Below, piece after piece: positions 29,540-39,085 of a DNA stretch of 64,000 bases. The stretch is from contig JAAYEC010000007.1 in assembly GCA_012728915.1 (NCBI GenBank), positions 6,505 through 70,504 of the forward strand. Direction: 5' to 3'. Origin of the DNA: Deltaproteobacteria bacterium. Lineage in GTDB: Bacteria; Desulfobacterota; Syntrophia; Syntrophales; UBA2192. The position numbers and the translations under genes are program-made. How positions within the stretch are numbered: the first letter of the stretch is position 1; every line of letters starts with the position of its first letter. The notes under the pieces are model-generated. The model saw nothing but the letters and a program-made list of their open reading frames with translations, had not been told where the DNA came from and ran no database searches.

Positions 29540-29680
29540 ACCGCGCCCCTTCCCCTTACCGGAATTTTTGCAATCCTATCATCCCCGCCTCGTCGACGCC
29601 ATCGGGAAAAGACGCATGCCGCCCGCGCCGATCCCTGACGGAAAGAGGCGGCGGGTGCGCCGAGGGGTTCCGCCCTTTGT

Positions 29681-31825
29681 CTATTTCCATTCCTTGACGG
29701 CCTGCAGGGCCGGCACGTAGAAGCGATCCAGGTACTCCCTGACCATTCGCCGCGTCGAGAAACGGGGCGCGTTGCTGCGGATGGCCTCCTTCATGACCGC
29801 GACCCATCCGTGCGGGACGCCATCCTGGGAGACGCGGTAGTAGAGCGGGATGATCTCCTTCTCCAGAAGCGTGTAGATCGCGGCCGCATCGGCCCCGTCG
29901 CGGTCCCCGGTCCCCTCCCGTCCGTCGACGGCCCAGCCGTTCTTTCCGTTGTACCCCTCCACCCACCACCCGTCGAGAATGCTCAGCTGGGGCACGCCGT
30001 TGAGAGCCGCCTTCATGCCGCTCGTGCCGCTGGCCTCGAAGGGAGGCAGAGGGTTGTTGAGCCAGACATCGACGCCGTGGACCAGGTACTGCGCAAACTG
30101 CTCACCGTAGTCCTCGACAAAGGCGATGCGCCCCCCCATTTCGGGGTCTTCGGCCATGCGGTAGACGCGCTGCAGGATCTGCTTGCCCTCGTCGTCGGCG
30201 GGGTGCGCCTTGCCGGCGAAGATGATCTGGAGCGGCCGCCACCGGTCGTTGAGCATCCTCTTGAGGCGCTCGCGGTCCCGGAAGATCAGGTCGGCCCGCT
30301 TGTAGGCGGCAAAGCGCCGCGCGAACCCGACGGTGAGGACCGAGGGGTCGAGCAGGGTCCCCCCGGCGAGGACTTTCGACGTGCTGATGCGGTCCCTCGA
30401 CCAGCGCTGCCGGACACGTTCCCGCACGGCGTCGACGAGCTTGATCTTGAGCCAGTAGTGGGTTTTCCAGAGATCCTCGTCGGGAATCTTCGCGACGTTC
30501 TCCCAGACGGCGGGGTCGTCGTGACGCTCGATCCAGTCGGGACCGAGCCAGCGGTCGAAGAGCAGCTCCATCTTCGGCTCGATCCACGTGGGGACGTGAA
30601 TCCCATTGGTGATGGAGTCGATGGGAACTCTCTCCGGAGCCGCTTCCGGCCAGAGGCTCTGCCACATCCTGCGGGTCACCTCGCCGTGGCGCAGGCTCAC
30701 GCCGTTGCGGAAGGCCGAGAGCTTCAGCGCCATGACGGTCATGTTGAAGCCGGCCCGGGGGTCCGCCGGGTTGACGCCGAGACGGAAGAACTCGTCGCGG
30801 CTCAGGCCGAGGGAAGGCCAGTAGGAGCGGAAGTACTTTTCCATCAGGTCGAAGGGGAAGACATCGTGGCCGGCGGCAACGGGCGTGTGGGTCGTGAAGA
30901 TGGACGTGTTGCGCACCTGCCGCGCCGCCTCCTCGAAGGAAAGCCCCTCGTCCTGGACTTTTTCGCGAATCCGCTCCAGGAGCGCAAACGCCGGGTGCCC
31001 CTCGTTGAGGTGCAGGATCGAGCGGTGGACGCCCAGGGTGTCGAGCACCTCGTCGCCGCCGATCCCCAAGACGATCTCCTGGCGCAGCCGCAACTCCCGG
31101 TCGCCGATGTAGAGGCGCTCCGAGATGCCCCGGTTCCAGGGGTCGTTCGCTTCAATGTCCGTGTCCATGAGATACAGGGGAATCCGGCCCACGTCGACCT
31201 TCCAGACCGCCACATGGATGGGGGGCTCGATGAAGGGAACCTTGACGACAACCTGGCGTCCCTCGGCGTCAAGAACGCGGGTGATGGCGGTCGCGTCGCG
31301 GTCGAGGGTCTGGTCCACGCTCTCTTGCCAGCCGTCGTCGCGGATGTGCTGCATCACGTACCCCTCGGGGTACATGAACCCCACGGCGACCAGCGGGATC
31401 CTCAGGTCGCTGGCCTCCTTGATGTGGTCCCCGGCCAGGAACCCCAGCCCGCCCGCGTAGAAGGGAAGCGAGTGGTGAAGGCCGTATTCGGCCGAGAAGT
31501 AGGCCACCGTGTAATCGACGGGAACGCTGATCTTCTCGTCGCACCAACAGTCCTCCTCGGCGAGCTCCTTCCTGAGGCGCTCGAGCACCGCGTCGTACCG
31601 GGCCAGGTATGCCGGATCGGTCGCGGCCACCGTCAGCGCCTCCGCCGCGAGTTCGCGCAGCACTTTCACGGGATTGTGGGTGCTTTCTTTCCAGACCTGA
31701 CGATCGAGATTCTTGTAGAGCATCCTTGCCGCCGGGTGCCAGCTCCACCAGAGGTTGGATGCAATCTCCGCGAGCCCCGCCAGGCGGGGAGGCAGGTTTC
31801 GGTATTCCATCGGCTTCGGTTCCAT
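29681..31825 (-). CDS. glgP: Alpha-glucan (glycogen) phosphorylase
   Basis: NLWWSW, YAGGLGFLAGDH, HLNEGH and PLP motif EASGTSGMKA; CAGGAGG RBS. Confidence 0.93.
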   Translation of the reverse strand: MEPKPMEYRNLPPRLAGLAEIASNLWWSWHPAARMLYKNLDRQVWKESTHNPVKVLRELAAEALTVAATDPAYLARYDAVLERLRKELAEEDCWCDEKISVPVDYTVAYFSAEYGLHHSLPFYAGGLGFLAGDHIKEASDLRIPLVAVGFMYPEGYVMQHIRDDGWQESVDQTLDRDATAITRVLDAEGRQVVVKVPFIEPPIHVAVWKVDVGRIPLYLMDTDIEANDPWNRGISERLYIGDRELRLRQEIVLGIGGDEVLDTLGVHRSILHLNEGHPAFALLERIREKVQDEGLSFEEAARQVRNTSIFTTHTPVAAGHDVFPFDLMEKYFRSYWPSLGLSRDEFFRLGVNPADPRAGFNMTVMALKLSAFRNGVSLRHGEVTRRMWQSLWPEAAPERVPIDSITNGIHVPTWIEPKMELLFDRWLGPDWIERHDDPAVWENVAKIPDEDLWKTHYWLKIKLVDAVRERVRQRWSRDRISTSKVLAGGTLLDPSVLTVGFARRFAAYKRADLIFRDRERLKRMLNDRWRPLQIIFAGKAHPADDEGKQILQRVYRMAEDPEMGGRIAFVEDYGEQFAQYLVHGVDVWLNNPLPPFEASGTSGMKAALNGVPQLSILDGWWVEGYNGKNGWAVDGREGTGDRDGADAAAIYTLLEKEIIPLYYRVSQDGVPHGWVAVMKEAIRSNAPRFSTRRMVREYLDRFYVPALQAVKEWK

Positions 31826-31857
31826 GGGATGGGCCTCCTGTTTTCTGTACGGTCCGG

Positions 31858-33429
31858 TCATTTCTCCTCGTCCCGGTCGCGGGGCGATGCGGCGGGCATC
31901 AGCCAGTTCCTGCCGTCCCGGGCGATGAGCACCTCCGCTGGCTCCACGATCCACGTGCCGGCGGCATAGTTGGGGAAATCGGGCGGGGACGACACCTCCC
32001 AGGCCTCCAGGATCGGGGTCATGATGGACCAGGCCGCCTCGATCTGATCGGTACGCTTGAACAGGGTCGCATCGCCCAGCATGACGTCCACGAGCAGCGT
32101 TTCGTAGGCCTCGGGCGGAACGGCGCGGAAGGCCTCGCGGTAGAAAAAGTGCATGTCCACGGGGCTCAGGTTCACCCTCAGGCCGGGCCGCTTGGCCTGG
32201 AAGCGCAGGAGGATCCCCTCGTCGGGCTGGATTCGGAGCACCAGCCGGTTGGGCTGCCAGTCCCGGATCGCCGTGGCGGGAAAGGACTGGTGGGGAACGG
32301 GCCGGAACTGGATGACCACCTCCGAGACCCGGGCCGGCATCCTCTTGCCGGTGCGCATGTAGAACGGGATGTCCTGCCAGCGCCAGTTGTCCACGAAGAA
32401 CCGGATGGCGGCGAAGGTCTCGGTTGTCGAACCGGGGGAGACGCCGGGCTCGGCCCGGTAGGCTGGCACGCGCTCGCCCGAGATCCAGCCGGCGCCGTAC
32501 TGCCCGCGGACGGCGCTTTCGTGGACGCGATCGGGGTGGATGGGGCGGATGGCGCGCAGGACATCGGTCATCCGGTTGCGGATCTCGTCGGCATCGAAAG
32601 AGACGGGCGGCTCCATGGCGATGAGGCAGAGGATCTGGACGAGGTGGTTCTGGATCATGTCCCGCAGCGCCCCCGTGCGCTCGTAGTAGGCGCCCCGGTG
32701 CTCGATCCCGATCTGCTCGGCCACGGTCACCTGCACGTGATCGATGTAGCGCCTGTCCCAGATCGGCTCGAAGAGGGCATTGGCGAATCGGAACGCCAGG
32801 ATGTTCTGCACCGTCTCCTTCCCGAGGTAGTGGTCGATCCGGAAAATCTGGGACTCGTCGAACACCGCGGTGAGAATCCGGTTCAGCGCCCTGGCGGATT
32901 CCAGGTCCCGCCCGAAGGGCTTCTCCACCACGATGCGCGACCCCGTGCGGTCGCGGGCCAGGCCCGCAGCCGCCAGCCGGGGCGGGATGACCTCGAAGAG
33001 GGCGGGCGGCGTCGCCAGGTAGTGGATGATGAAGGCATCCAGATCCCACCGGCCGCACTGCTCCTCGAGCAGCCCGGCAAGCATCCGGTAGGCCTCGGAC
33101 GAGCCGAGATCCGCGGACCGATAACTGAGGTGGGAGGCGAAGAGGCGCCACGCGTCGTCGTCGGGCCGCCCGCAGCGGGAAAACTCGTCGACCCCGGAGC
33201 GGAGGCGTGCCCGGAACTCCTCGTCGCTCATAGGCTTGAGGTCCAGGCCGACGATGGCAAAGCGCTCGGGCATCCACCCGTCCACGAAGAGGGTGTACAG
33301 GGCCGGCACGAGCTTGCGCCACGTGAGGTCGCCCGCCGCACCGAAGATGACGATGATGACGGGGTTCGGTTGCGTCAGGGGCTCCACCGTCCCGCCCGGG
33401 TATGCGCCGCGTGGCTGCGTCCTGTTCAT
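31858..33429 (-). CDS. zwf: Glucose-6-phosphate dehydrogenase
   Basis: GAAGDL, EKPFG, RIDHYLGKETV, DMIQNHL. Confidence 0.96.
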   Translation of the reverse strand: MNRTQPRGAYPGGTVEPLTQPNPVIIVIFGAAGDLTWRKLVPALYTLFVDGWMPERFAIVGLDLKPMSDEEFRARLRSGVDEFSRCGRPDDDAWRLFASHLSYRSADLGSSEAYRMLAGLLEEQCGRWDLDAFIIHYLATPPALFEVIPPRLAAAGLARDRTGSRIVVEKPFGRDLESARALNRILTAVFDESQIFRIDHYLGKETVQNILAFRFANALFEPIWDRRYIDHVQVTVAEQIGIEHRGAYYERTGALRDMIQNHLVQILCLIAMEPPVSFDADEIRNRMTDVLRAIRPIHPDRVHESAVRGQYGAGWISGERVPAYRAEPGVSPGSTTETFAAIRFFVDNWRWQDIPFYMRTGKRMPARVSEVVIQFRPVPHQSFPATAIRDWQPNRLVLRIQPDEGILLRFQAKRPGLRVNLSPVDMHFFYREAFRAVPPEAYETLLVDVMLGDATLFKRTDQIEAAWSIMTPILEAWEVSSPPDFPNYAAGTWIVEPAEVLIARDGRNWLMPAASPRDRDEEK

Positions 33430-34844
33430 GGCTCCTCCCATCGCGTGTGAAAGACGCCCTTTTCGTCCACCCGCTCGTAGGTGTGGGCCCCGAAGTAGTC
33501 CCGCTGGGCCTGGATCAGGTTGGCCGGCAGCCAGGCGCTGCGGTAGCCGTCGTAGTAGGCCAGCGCGGCCATCATCGACGGCACCGGGATTCCGAGCGAG
33601 GCCGCCGTGCAGACGATCGACTGCAGGTCCCCGCGACGGGACGCCGCCTCGCGGTGGAGCCGGGGCTCCACCAGGAGATTCGGCACGTCCGGCCGGCTCC
33701 TGAGTCCGATCATGATCTCCTCCAGCAGGGCGGAGCGGATGATGCAGCCGCCCCGCCAGATGCGGGCCACCTCCGAGAGGTTCAGCCCGTACCCGTGGGC
33801 CGACGATGCCGCCTCGAGAAGGACCATGCCCTGCGCGTGGGCGATGAGAATGGCGGCATAGAGCGCGCGTTCGATCTGCCCGATGACGCGTTTCCTGTGC
33901 TCGCGCAGCGTCGCGGGAGGGCCCGCGAGGATTCGGCTGGCAGCCTCCCGCTCGGCCTTGAACGCGGAGAGGTCACGCGCCGCCACGGCGGCATCGATGA
34001 CGGAAACCGGGATATTGAGGTCCATCGCCGCCTGGGAGGTCCACCTCCCGGTGCCCTTCTGTCGGGCTTCGTCGAGAATGACATCGACGAGCCTTTTCCC
34101 CGTTTTCGCGTCGACGCGGCGGAAGATGTTCGCGGCGATCTCCGTCAGGAAGGCATGAAAGGTGCGGCCGTCCCATTGCTCGAAGGCATCGGCAAGCTCG
34201 TCGTCGTCAAGGCCGAGCCCGCGCTTCATCAGGTCGTAGGCCTCGGCGATGAGCTGCATCATGGCATACTCGATCCCGTTGTGGACCATCTTTACGAAAT
34301 GCCCCGCGGCCCCCGGACCCAGGTAGGCCACACAGGGTTCCCCGCGGACGTCGGCGGCGATCGCCTCGAAGATGTTCTTGACCCAAACGTAGGCCTCCCG
34401 GGGGCCGCCGGGCATGATGCTGGGGCCGCGGCGGGCGCCCTTCTCGCCGCCCGAGATCCCCACACCCAGGAAATGGATCCCCTTCCGGGCCAGCACCTTC
34501 TGCCTCAGGGCGGTGTCGGTGAAATGCGAATTGCCGCAGTCGATGAGGATGTCCGCAGGCCGGCACAGGGGCAGCAGTTCGCGGAGCGCCGCGTCCACGG
34601 GAGGCCCTGCCGGCACGAGGATCACGACGATACGGGGGGATTTCAGCAGGGCCATGCACTCCTGCGGGGATCCCGTCCCGCGGATCGCGTGTCCCGGCGC
34701 GCGCCGGCGATCGAGGTCCCGGACGCGGGCGGCGACCCGGTCGTACCCCACCGCCGAGTAGCCGTGATCAGCCATGTTCAGCAGCAGGTTCAGCCCCATC
34801 ACTCCCAGTCCGATCATGCCGATATCGTATTTCTTTGGCTGCAT
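33426..34844 (-). CDS. gnd: 6-phosphogluconate dehydrogenase (NADP, decarboxylating)
   Basis: GLGVMG, SGGEKGAR.GP, KMVHNGIEY, QAQRDYFGAHTY. Confidence 0.96.
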   Translation of the reverse strand: MQPKKYDIGMIGLGVMGLNLLLNMADHGYSAVGYDRVAARVRDLDRRRAPGHAIRGTGSPQECMALLKSPRIVVILVPAGPPVDAALRELLPLCRPADILIDCGNSHFTDTALRQKVLARKGIHFLGVGISGGEKGARRGPSIMPGGPREAYVWVKNIFEAIAADVRGEPCVAYLGPGAAGHFVKMVHNGIEYAMMQLIAEAYDLMKRGLGLDDDELADAFEQWDGRTFHAFLTEIAANIFRRVDAKTGKRLVDVILDEARQKGTGRWTSQAAMDLNIPVSVIDAAVAARDLSAFKAEREAASRILAGPPATLREHRKRVIGQIERALYAAILIAHAQGMVLLEAASSAHGYGLNLSEVARIWRGGCIIRSALLEEIMIGLRSRPDVPNLLVEPRLHREAASRRGDLQSIVCTAASLGIPVPSMMAALAYYDGYRSAWLPANLIQAQRDYFGAHTYERVDEKGVFHTRWEEP

Positions 34845-35076
34845 GGGCACCTCCTCCCGGGCGAAGCGGACCTCATGCGGGTCCCCGTCGGCTGTCGCCG
34901 CCGCGGGGCCACTCCAGGGCGGGTCCCATCGCCGCAAGCGCATCTCTTGTCGATTCCGCCGTTCTGTGCACGATACTTCCCTCTCAGGGAAGGCAGGATG
35001 CGGACACTCAGAGGGGCAGCCCGTCCGTGGCGGCCCGGCCCGGGAGGAGACGACAGGCGGGAACGGTGAATTTCCG

Positions 35077-36024
35077 TCAGAGGCGGCCCTCTTCGCAGAG
35101 ACCCGAAAGCAGCAGGTGGATGTAGACCAGGCCCGCGAAGCCCGGGCAGTCCCGGAGTCGCCTGTCGATCGCTTCGTCGTCCAGCGGCTTGCGTGCATGC
35201 AGAAGGCCCTGGAGCCTGTTTCGGGCCCCCACGTCGCCCCGGGGGAAAACCGCGGCCCGTCCCAGTCCCCTGAGCAGGGCATAATCCGCCGTCCAGCGGC
35301 CGACGCCCCTCAACCGCAGGAGCATCGAGCGGGCCTCTTCGTCTCCCATGGCCCCGAGGCCCTCCAGATCGATGGCGTTGTCCGCGACCTGGCGCGAAAG
35401 CGAGACCAGGGCCTCGGCCTTCTGGCGGCTGAACCCCAGCGGTTTCAGGTCGGCCGCCTCCAGTCCGGCCAGCACCTGCGGACGGGGGAAGCCGTAGACC
35501 GCTCCCCCGGGAGTGTCGAGGCGGTCTCCGCAGGCCTCGGCCAGCCGGTTGAGGATCGTGATCCCCACCGTCAGGGAGAGCTGCTGGCAGCAGATCCCGT
35601 TGACCAGCGCCTCGAAGACGGACGGGAATCGCGGCAGACGGACCCCGCGGAAGGCCTCCGCGAGGGCATCGAATTTCCTGTGACCGCGCGCCAGTCGATA
35701 GAAATCGGACAGATCCGTCCCAAGGCCCAGCATCCGGCCGAGAAGGGCCCGCATCGTGGCCGTCGACTGCACCGGCGGCTGTTCGCCGAGGAGCCGGACA
35801 TTCAGAACCGGCCGCTTCGCGTCGCCGGTCTGGGTGACCTGCACTTCGAGGACGGTCCCGTCGTCCGCGACAACCCGCCGCCAGGCGACCCCGTCCCAGC
35901 GATCGACGATGTTGCCGGGCCGCCTCCGGAGGGCCCATACCGTGTAGTCGAGGCGGAACGGGGCCTGCGGTCTCAACCGGAAAGAGGCCTCGTTCAGGGA
36001 CACGGTCCCGCGCTTCTCCTTCAT
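35077..36024 (-). CDS. alkA: DNA-3-methyladenine glycosylase II (AlkA family, HhH-GPD)
   Basis: FEALV..I..QQLS and LRGVGRWTA...FPRGDVG. Confidence 0.88.
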   Translation of the reverse strand: MKEKRGTVSLNEASFRLRPQAPFRLDYTVWALRRRPGNIVDRWDGVAWRRVVADDGTVLEVQVTQTGDAKRPVLNVRLLGEQPPVQSTATMRALLGRMLGLGTDLSDFYRLARGHRKFDALAEAFRGVRLPRFPSVFEALVNGICCQQLSLTVGITILNRLAEACGDRLDTPGGAVYGFPRPQVLAGLEAADLKPLGFSRQKAEALVSLSRQVADNAIDLEGLGAMGDEEARSMLLRLRGVGRWTADYALLRGLGRAAVFPRGDVGARNRLQGLLHARKPLDDEAIDRRLRDCPGFAGLVYIHLLLSGLCEEGRL

Positions 36025-36245
36025 TCGCCGAACCTCCTGCAGGGGACCGGGGAACCTCGTTCATCGCCCGGCCCATCGAAGAAAAACCGGCGCCCGCGCG
36101 ATTCGTGCCGAGACCGTCGAACGTCCCGTCGCAGGCCGGGAAGCAAGGTTCCGATGCAGGTCATGCTGAACGGACAGGGGTTCAAAAGTGACGAGGGCAG
36201 GAAACACGGAAACGCGACCGGACGAGAGGTTTCCCCGACGTCCTG

Positions 36246-36276
36246 CCCTTCCCCCGGACCCTGCACCCGATACCCC
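36246..36276 (-). repeat. GGGTNNN heptamer repeat (G-quadruplex-like)
   Basis: Minus strand GGGGtatcGGGtgcaGGGtccGGGGGaaGGG, 4 nt after a stop codon. Confidence 0.65.
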
Positions 36277-36280
36277 GTGT

Positions 36281-37264
36281 TCACATGCTCAATTCGATGA
36301 TGTCCCGATCCTTCAGCACGTGCGTCCTCTCCACGCGCATGCCGTCGAATTTCGCCGAGCCCCAGACGCGGGCATACTTGAGCTTCGTCACGAAGTCCTT
36401 GTGCACCTTCTCGGCCACGTCCATGACGGTGGAGCCCGCGGGGACCGTGTAGGGCATGGAGAGGTCGGGATCCTTCCCCGGCGGCTTTGAGTAGACGCGG
36501 ATGATGGAAACCAGCTGGAAGATCCCCCGCTTCAGATCCTCGAGGCCCTCTTTCTTCAGGCACGACAGGGCCACCATGGGGAAACGGCTTCCCCGGGCCG
36601 ACCTGAGCCTGTCGAAGTTCTCCATGGCCCCCGGCAGATCCTTCTTGTTTGCCGCCACCAGCGCCCGCTTGACAAGCACGCGCGTCTCCCCTTCCCTCGG
36701 TTTCTCCGTCCGGATGTTCCACTTCCCGATCTGATCGAGGAGGAGCTCCATCTGGGTGTCGGCGTCCTCCGCAAGATCGATCACGATGAGCAGGGCGTCG
36801 GCAACCCTCATGATCCCGGAGACCCAGCCGTCCGTCGCCTCGTTGGGAATGGGGGGGAGGTCGATGAGCTGGATCTGGATGTCTTCGTAGGGCATCATCC
36901 CCGGGCAGGGCAGGACCGTCGAGAGGGGATAGTCTGCAATGACAGGGACGGCTTTGGTGAGGTTCGCCAGGATGGAGGACTTTCCCGAATTGGCAAAGCC
37001 CGCCAGCGCGACCTGGGCGGCCCCCTCCCGGGGCACGTTGTAGAGGCTGTCGCGGCCGCCTCCCTTTTTCCTGCGCTGCTCCTGGGCTTCCTTGTTGAGC
37101 TGGGAGAGCTTGCGCCGGAGGTCGGCGCGCAGGTGGTCGGTCCCCTTGTGCTTGGGGACCGTGGCCATCAGGTCCTCCAGGGCGGCGATTTTTTCTGCCG
37201 TCGTGGCGGCCTGCTTGAAGCGTCGCTCGGCCTCGAAGTAATCCGGCGGTAGATTGGCCGGCAT
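36281..37264 (-). CDS. DRG-like (OBG superfamily) GTPase with C-terminal TGS domain
   Basis: PKHKGT, GFANSGKSS, YPLST, NKKD; TGS IRVYSK...H..F...KYARVWG..KFDG. Confidence 0.88.
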   Translation of the reverse strand: MPANLPPDYFEAERRFKQAATTAEKIAALEDLMATVPKHKGTDHLRADLRRKLSQLNKEAQEQRRKKGGGRDSLYNVPREGAAQVALAGFANSGKSSILANLTKAVPVIADYPLSTVLPCPGMMPYEDIQIQLIDLPPIPNEATDGWVSGIMRVADALLIVIDLAEDADTQMELLLDQIGKWNIRTEKPREGETRVLVKRALVAANKKDLPGAMENFDRLRSARGSRFPMVALSCLKKEGLEDLKRGIFQLVSIIRVYSKPPGKDPDLSMPYTVPAGSTVMDVAEKVHKDFVTKLKYARVWGSAKFDGMRVERTHVLKDRDIIELSM

Positions 37265-37305
37265 TCGTTCTGCCCTCCGAATGTCGGTCTGACTGTGCGG
37301 CTATT

Positions 37306-37600
37306 CTATGTTCCCGCGGCGGGCGCCTCCGTCCACTCCGTGTCGCCCGAGCAGGCGATGACCTTCCCGCCGACTTCGAACCGGAGGGAGCAGGCGTTGG
37401 CGCCGCCGGGGTGAAGGCCGATGAACGGCGTCACGCGGACGGCCCCTTCGGAGAAGGGAATCCCCGGCGCCATCTCCCGGGGATCGATCCCGAACGTCCG
37501 CTTCGCGCCCGACGAGCCGGGGAAATAAGCCTCCATGGCGGCCGGCAGCCTCTCTGCCAGCCCGGGCGGTCCCGCCACGAGGAGCTCGGCCGTCCGGCGG
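37306..37600 (-). pseudogene. Internal fragment of an MBL-fold (RNase Z-like) hydrolase
   Basis: LVAGPPGL..RL...ME..FPG, H...A.SLRFE.GGKVIACSGDTEWTE; no HxHxDH N-terminus, no RBS, early TAG. Confidence 0.6.
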
Positions 37601-38206
37601 CTACTCTTCGTCTTCCGCCACGGTGTGCGGGAGCTTCTTCAAATCATAGCCCTCGGCTGCCTTCACCCCCGCGCGCAGGGCCTTGAGATTGAGCTCTTCG
37701 GTGCCGGCCGGGACCCGTGCCACCAAGGCCTCCTCGAGGCTTTCCAGAGAAATGCCCTGGATGAGATGTCCCAGGGCGCCGAGGGCAATCATGTTGGCCA
37801 CCAGGTCCGTCCCGAACGTTTCCCGGGCGATCTTCGTGAAGGGGATGGACACGGTCTTCGCCGTGGGCACCTTGCTGACCAGCGTGCTGTCCACGATCAG
37901 GAGGCCCGTCGGCTTGAGGTCGCCGAAGTAGGTGTTGACGGAGGCCTGGTTCATGGCCAGCAGGAAATCCGGCATCTCCACCTTGGGGTAATCGATGGGG
38001 CCGTCGCTGATGACGACCTCCGCCTTGCAGGTCCCGCCCCGTGCCTCCGGCCCGTAGCTCTGCGTCTGGCTGACCTGCCTGCCTTCGTGGACACCGGCCG
38101 CCTCGGCCAGCACGACGGCGGCCATGATGATCCCCTGTCCCCCCGAGCCGGCCAGGCGGATCTCCTGGCGGTCGGCTTTGTTCCTGATCTGTTCGGACAT
38201 CGCCAT
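37601..38206 (-). CDS. korC: 2-oxoacid:ferredoxin oxidoreductase gamma subunit
   Basis: AGSGGQG, SYGPEARGG, ANMIALG. Confidence 0.92.
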   Translation of the reverse strand: MAMSEQIRNKADRQEIRLAGSGGQGIIMAAVVLAEAAGVHEGRQVSQTQSYGPEARGGTCKAEVVISDGPIDYPKVEMPDFLLAMNQASVNTYFGDLKPTGLLIVDSTLVSKVPTAKTVSIPFTKIARETFGTDLVANMIALGALGHLIQGISLESLEEALVARVPAGTEELNLKALRAGVKAAEGYDLKKLPHTVAEDEE

Positions 38207-39072
38207 TACCCCTCGCACCTCGCAGGGGGTTTCGGCTCGTTGCGGATTCCCCTGGCCCGTTCACGGGCCCGCTCGTACTCCTCGTTGTAGGAGGGCCGCT
38301 CGGAATCGGCCAGGACGCCGATGATGAACTTCCCCGCACGCTCCTCGGGTTTCATCTTCGAGGCGGCCTGCATCCGGACGGCGTTCTCCTTGAACCACTC
38401 GAGCATCTTTACGGGGCTCGCCATCTTGTTGCGCCTGCCGAACTGGGTGTGGCAGTTGGAGAGCACTTCCACGGAGCTGAACCCCTTCTTTCGGATGCCG
38501 GCCTCGATGAGCTGATCGAGCAGGGCCGCGTGGTAGACGGTGCAGCGGGCCACGTAGGAGGCATCGGCCGCCACGGCCAGCGCCGAGATGTCGAAGGCGT
38601 GCTCCACCATGCCGTAGGGGGTCGTCGTCGTCCTGGCCCCGTAGGGGGTCGTGGGCGAGTACTGGCCGCCCGTCATGCCGTAGACCTGGTTGTTCACGAT
38701 GATGGCCGTCATGTCCACGTTGCGTCGGGCGGTGTGGATGTAGTGGTTTCCGCCGATGGCCGTGGCGTCGCCGTCGCCCATGATGACGATGACCGTGAGC
38801 TCCTCCCTGGAGAGCTTGAGCCCCGTGGCGAAGGTCAGGGCGCGGCCGTGGGTCGTGTGGAGCGTGTTGAAATCGGCGTAGGTGGTCATCCGTCCCGAGC
38901 AGCCGATGCCGGACACGAGGGCGACCTTGTTCTTGTCGAGCCCGAGGCGGTCGATGGCGCGAATGAGCGAGCCCAGGACGATGCCGTTTCCGCATCCGGG
39001 GCACCAGATGTGGGGAAACTTCTTGTCGTGCCGAAGGTACTTGTGCACGAGCCCGGTCATGCCCTCTGCCAT
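38206..39072 (-). CDS. korB: 2-oxoacid:ferredoxin oxidoreductase beta subunit
   Basis: WCPGCG, SGIGC, HGRA, GDGD, YGMTGGQ. Confidence 0.95.
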   Translation of the reverse strand: MAEGMTGLVHKYLRHDKKFPHIWCPGCGNGIVLGSLIRAIDRLGLDKNKVALVSGIGCSGRMTTYADFNTLHTTHGRALTFATGLKLSREELTVIVIMGDGDATAIGGNHYIHTARRNVDMTAIIVNNQVYGMTGGQYSPTTPYGARTTTTPYGMVEHAFDISALAVAADASYVARCTVYHAALLDQLIEAGIRKKGFSSVEVLSNCHTQFGRRNKMASPVKMLEWFKENAVRMQAASKMKPEERAGKFIIGVLADSERPSYNEEYERARERARGIRNEPKPPARCEG

Positions 39073-39085
39073 GGGTCGCGTCCTC

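Noticed and set aside
31826..33322. Apparent 500-aa N-terminal extension of glycogen phosphorylase (1213-aa ORF)
   Set aside because: An alternative frame of zwf; the real start is ATG 31825 with an RBS.
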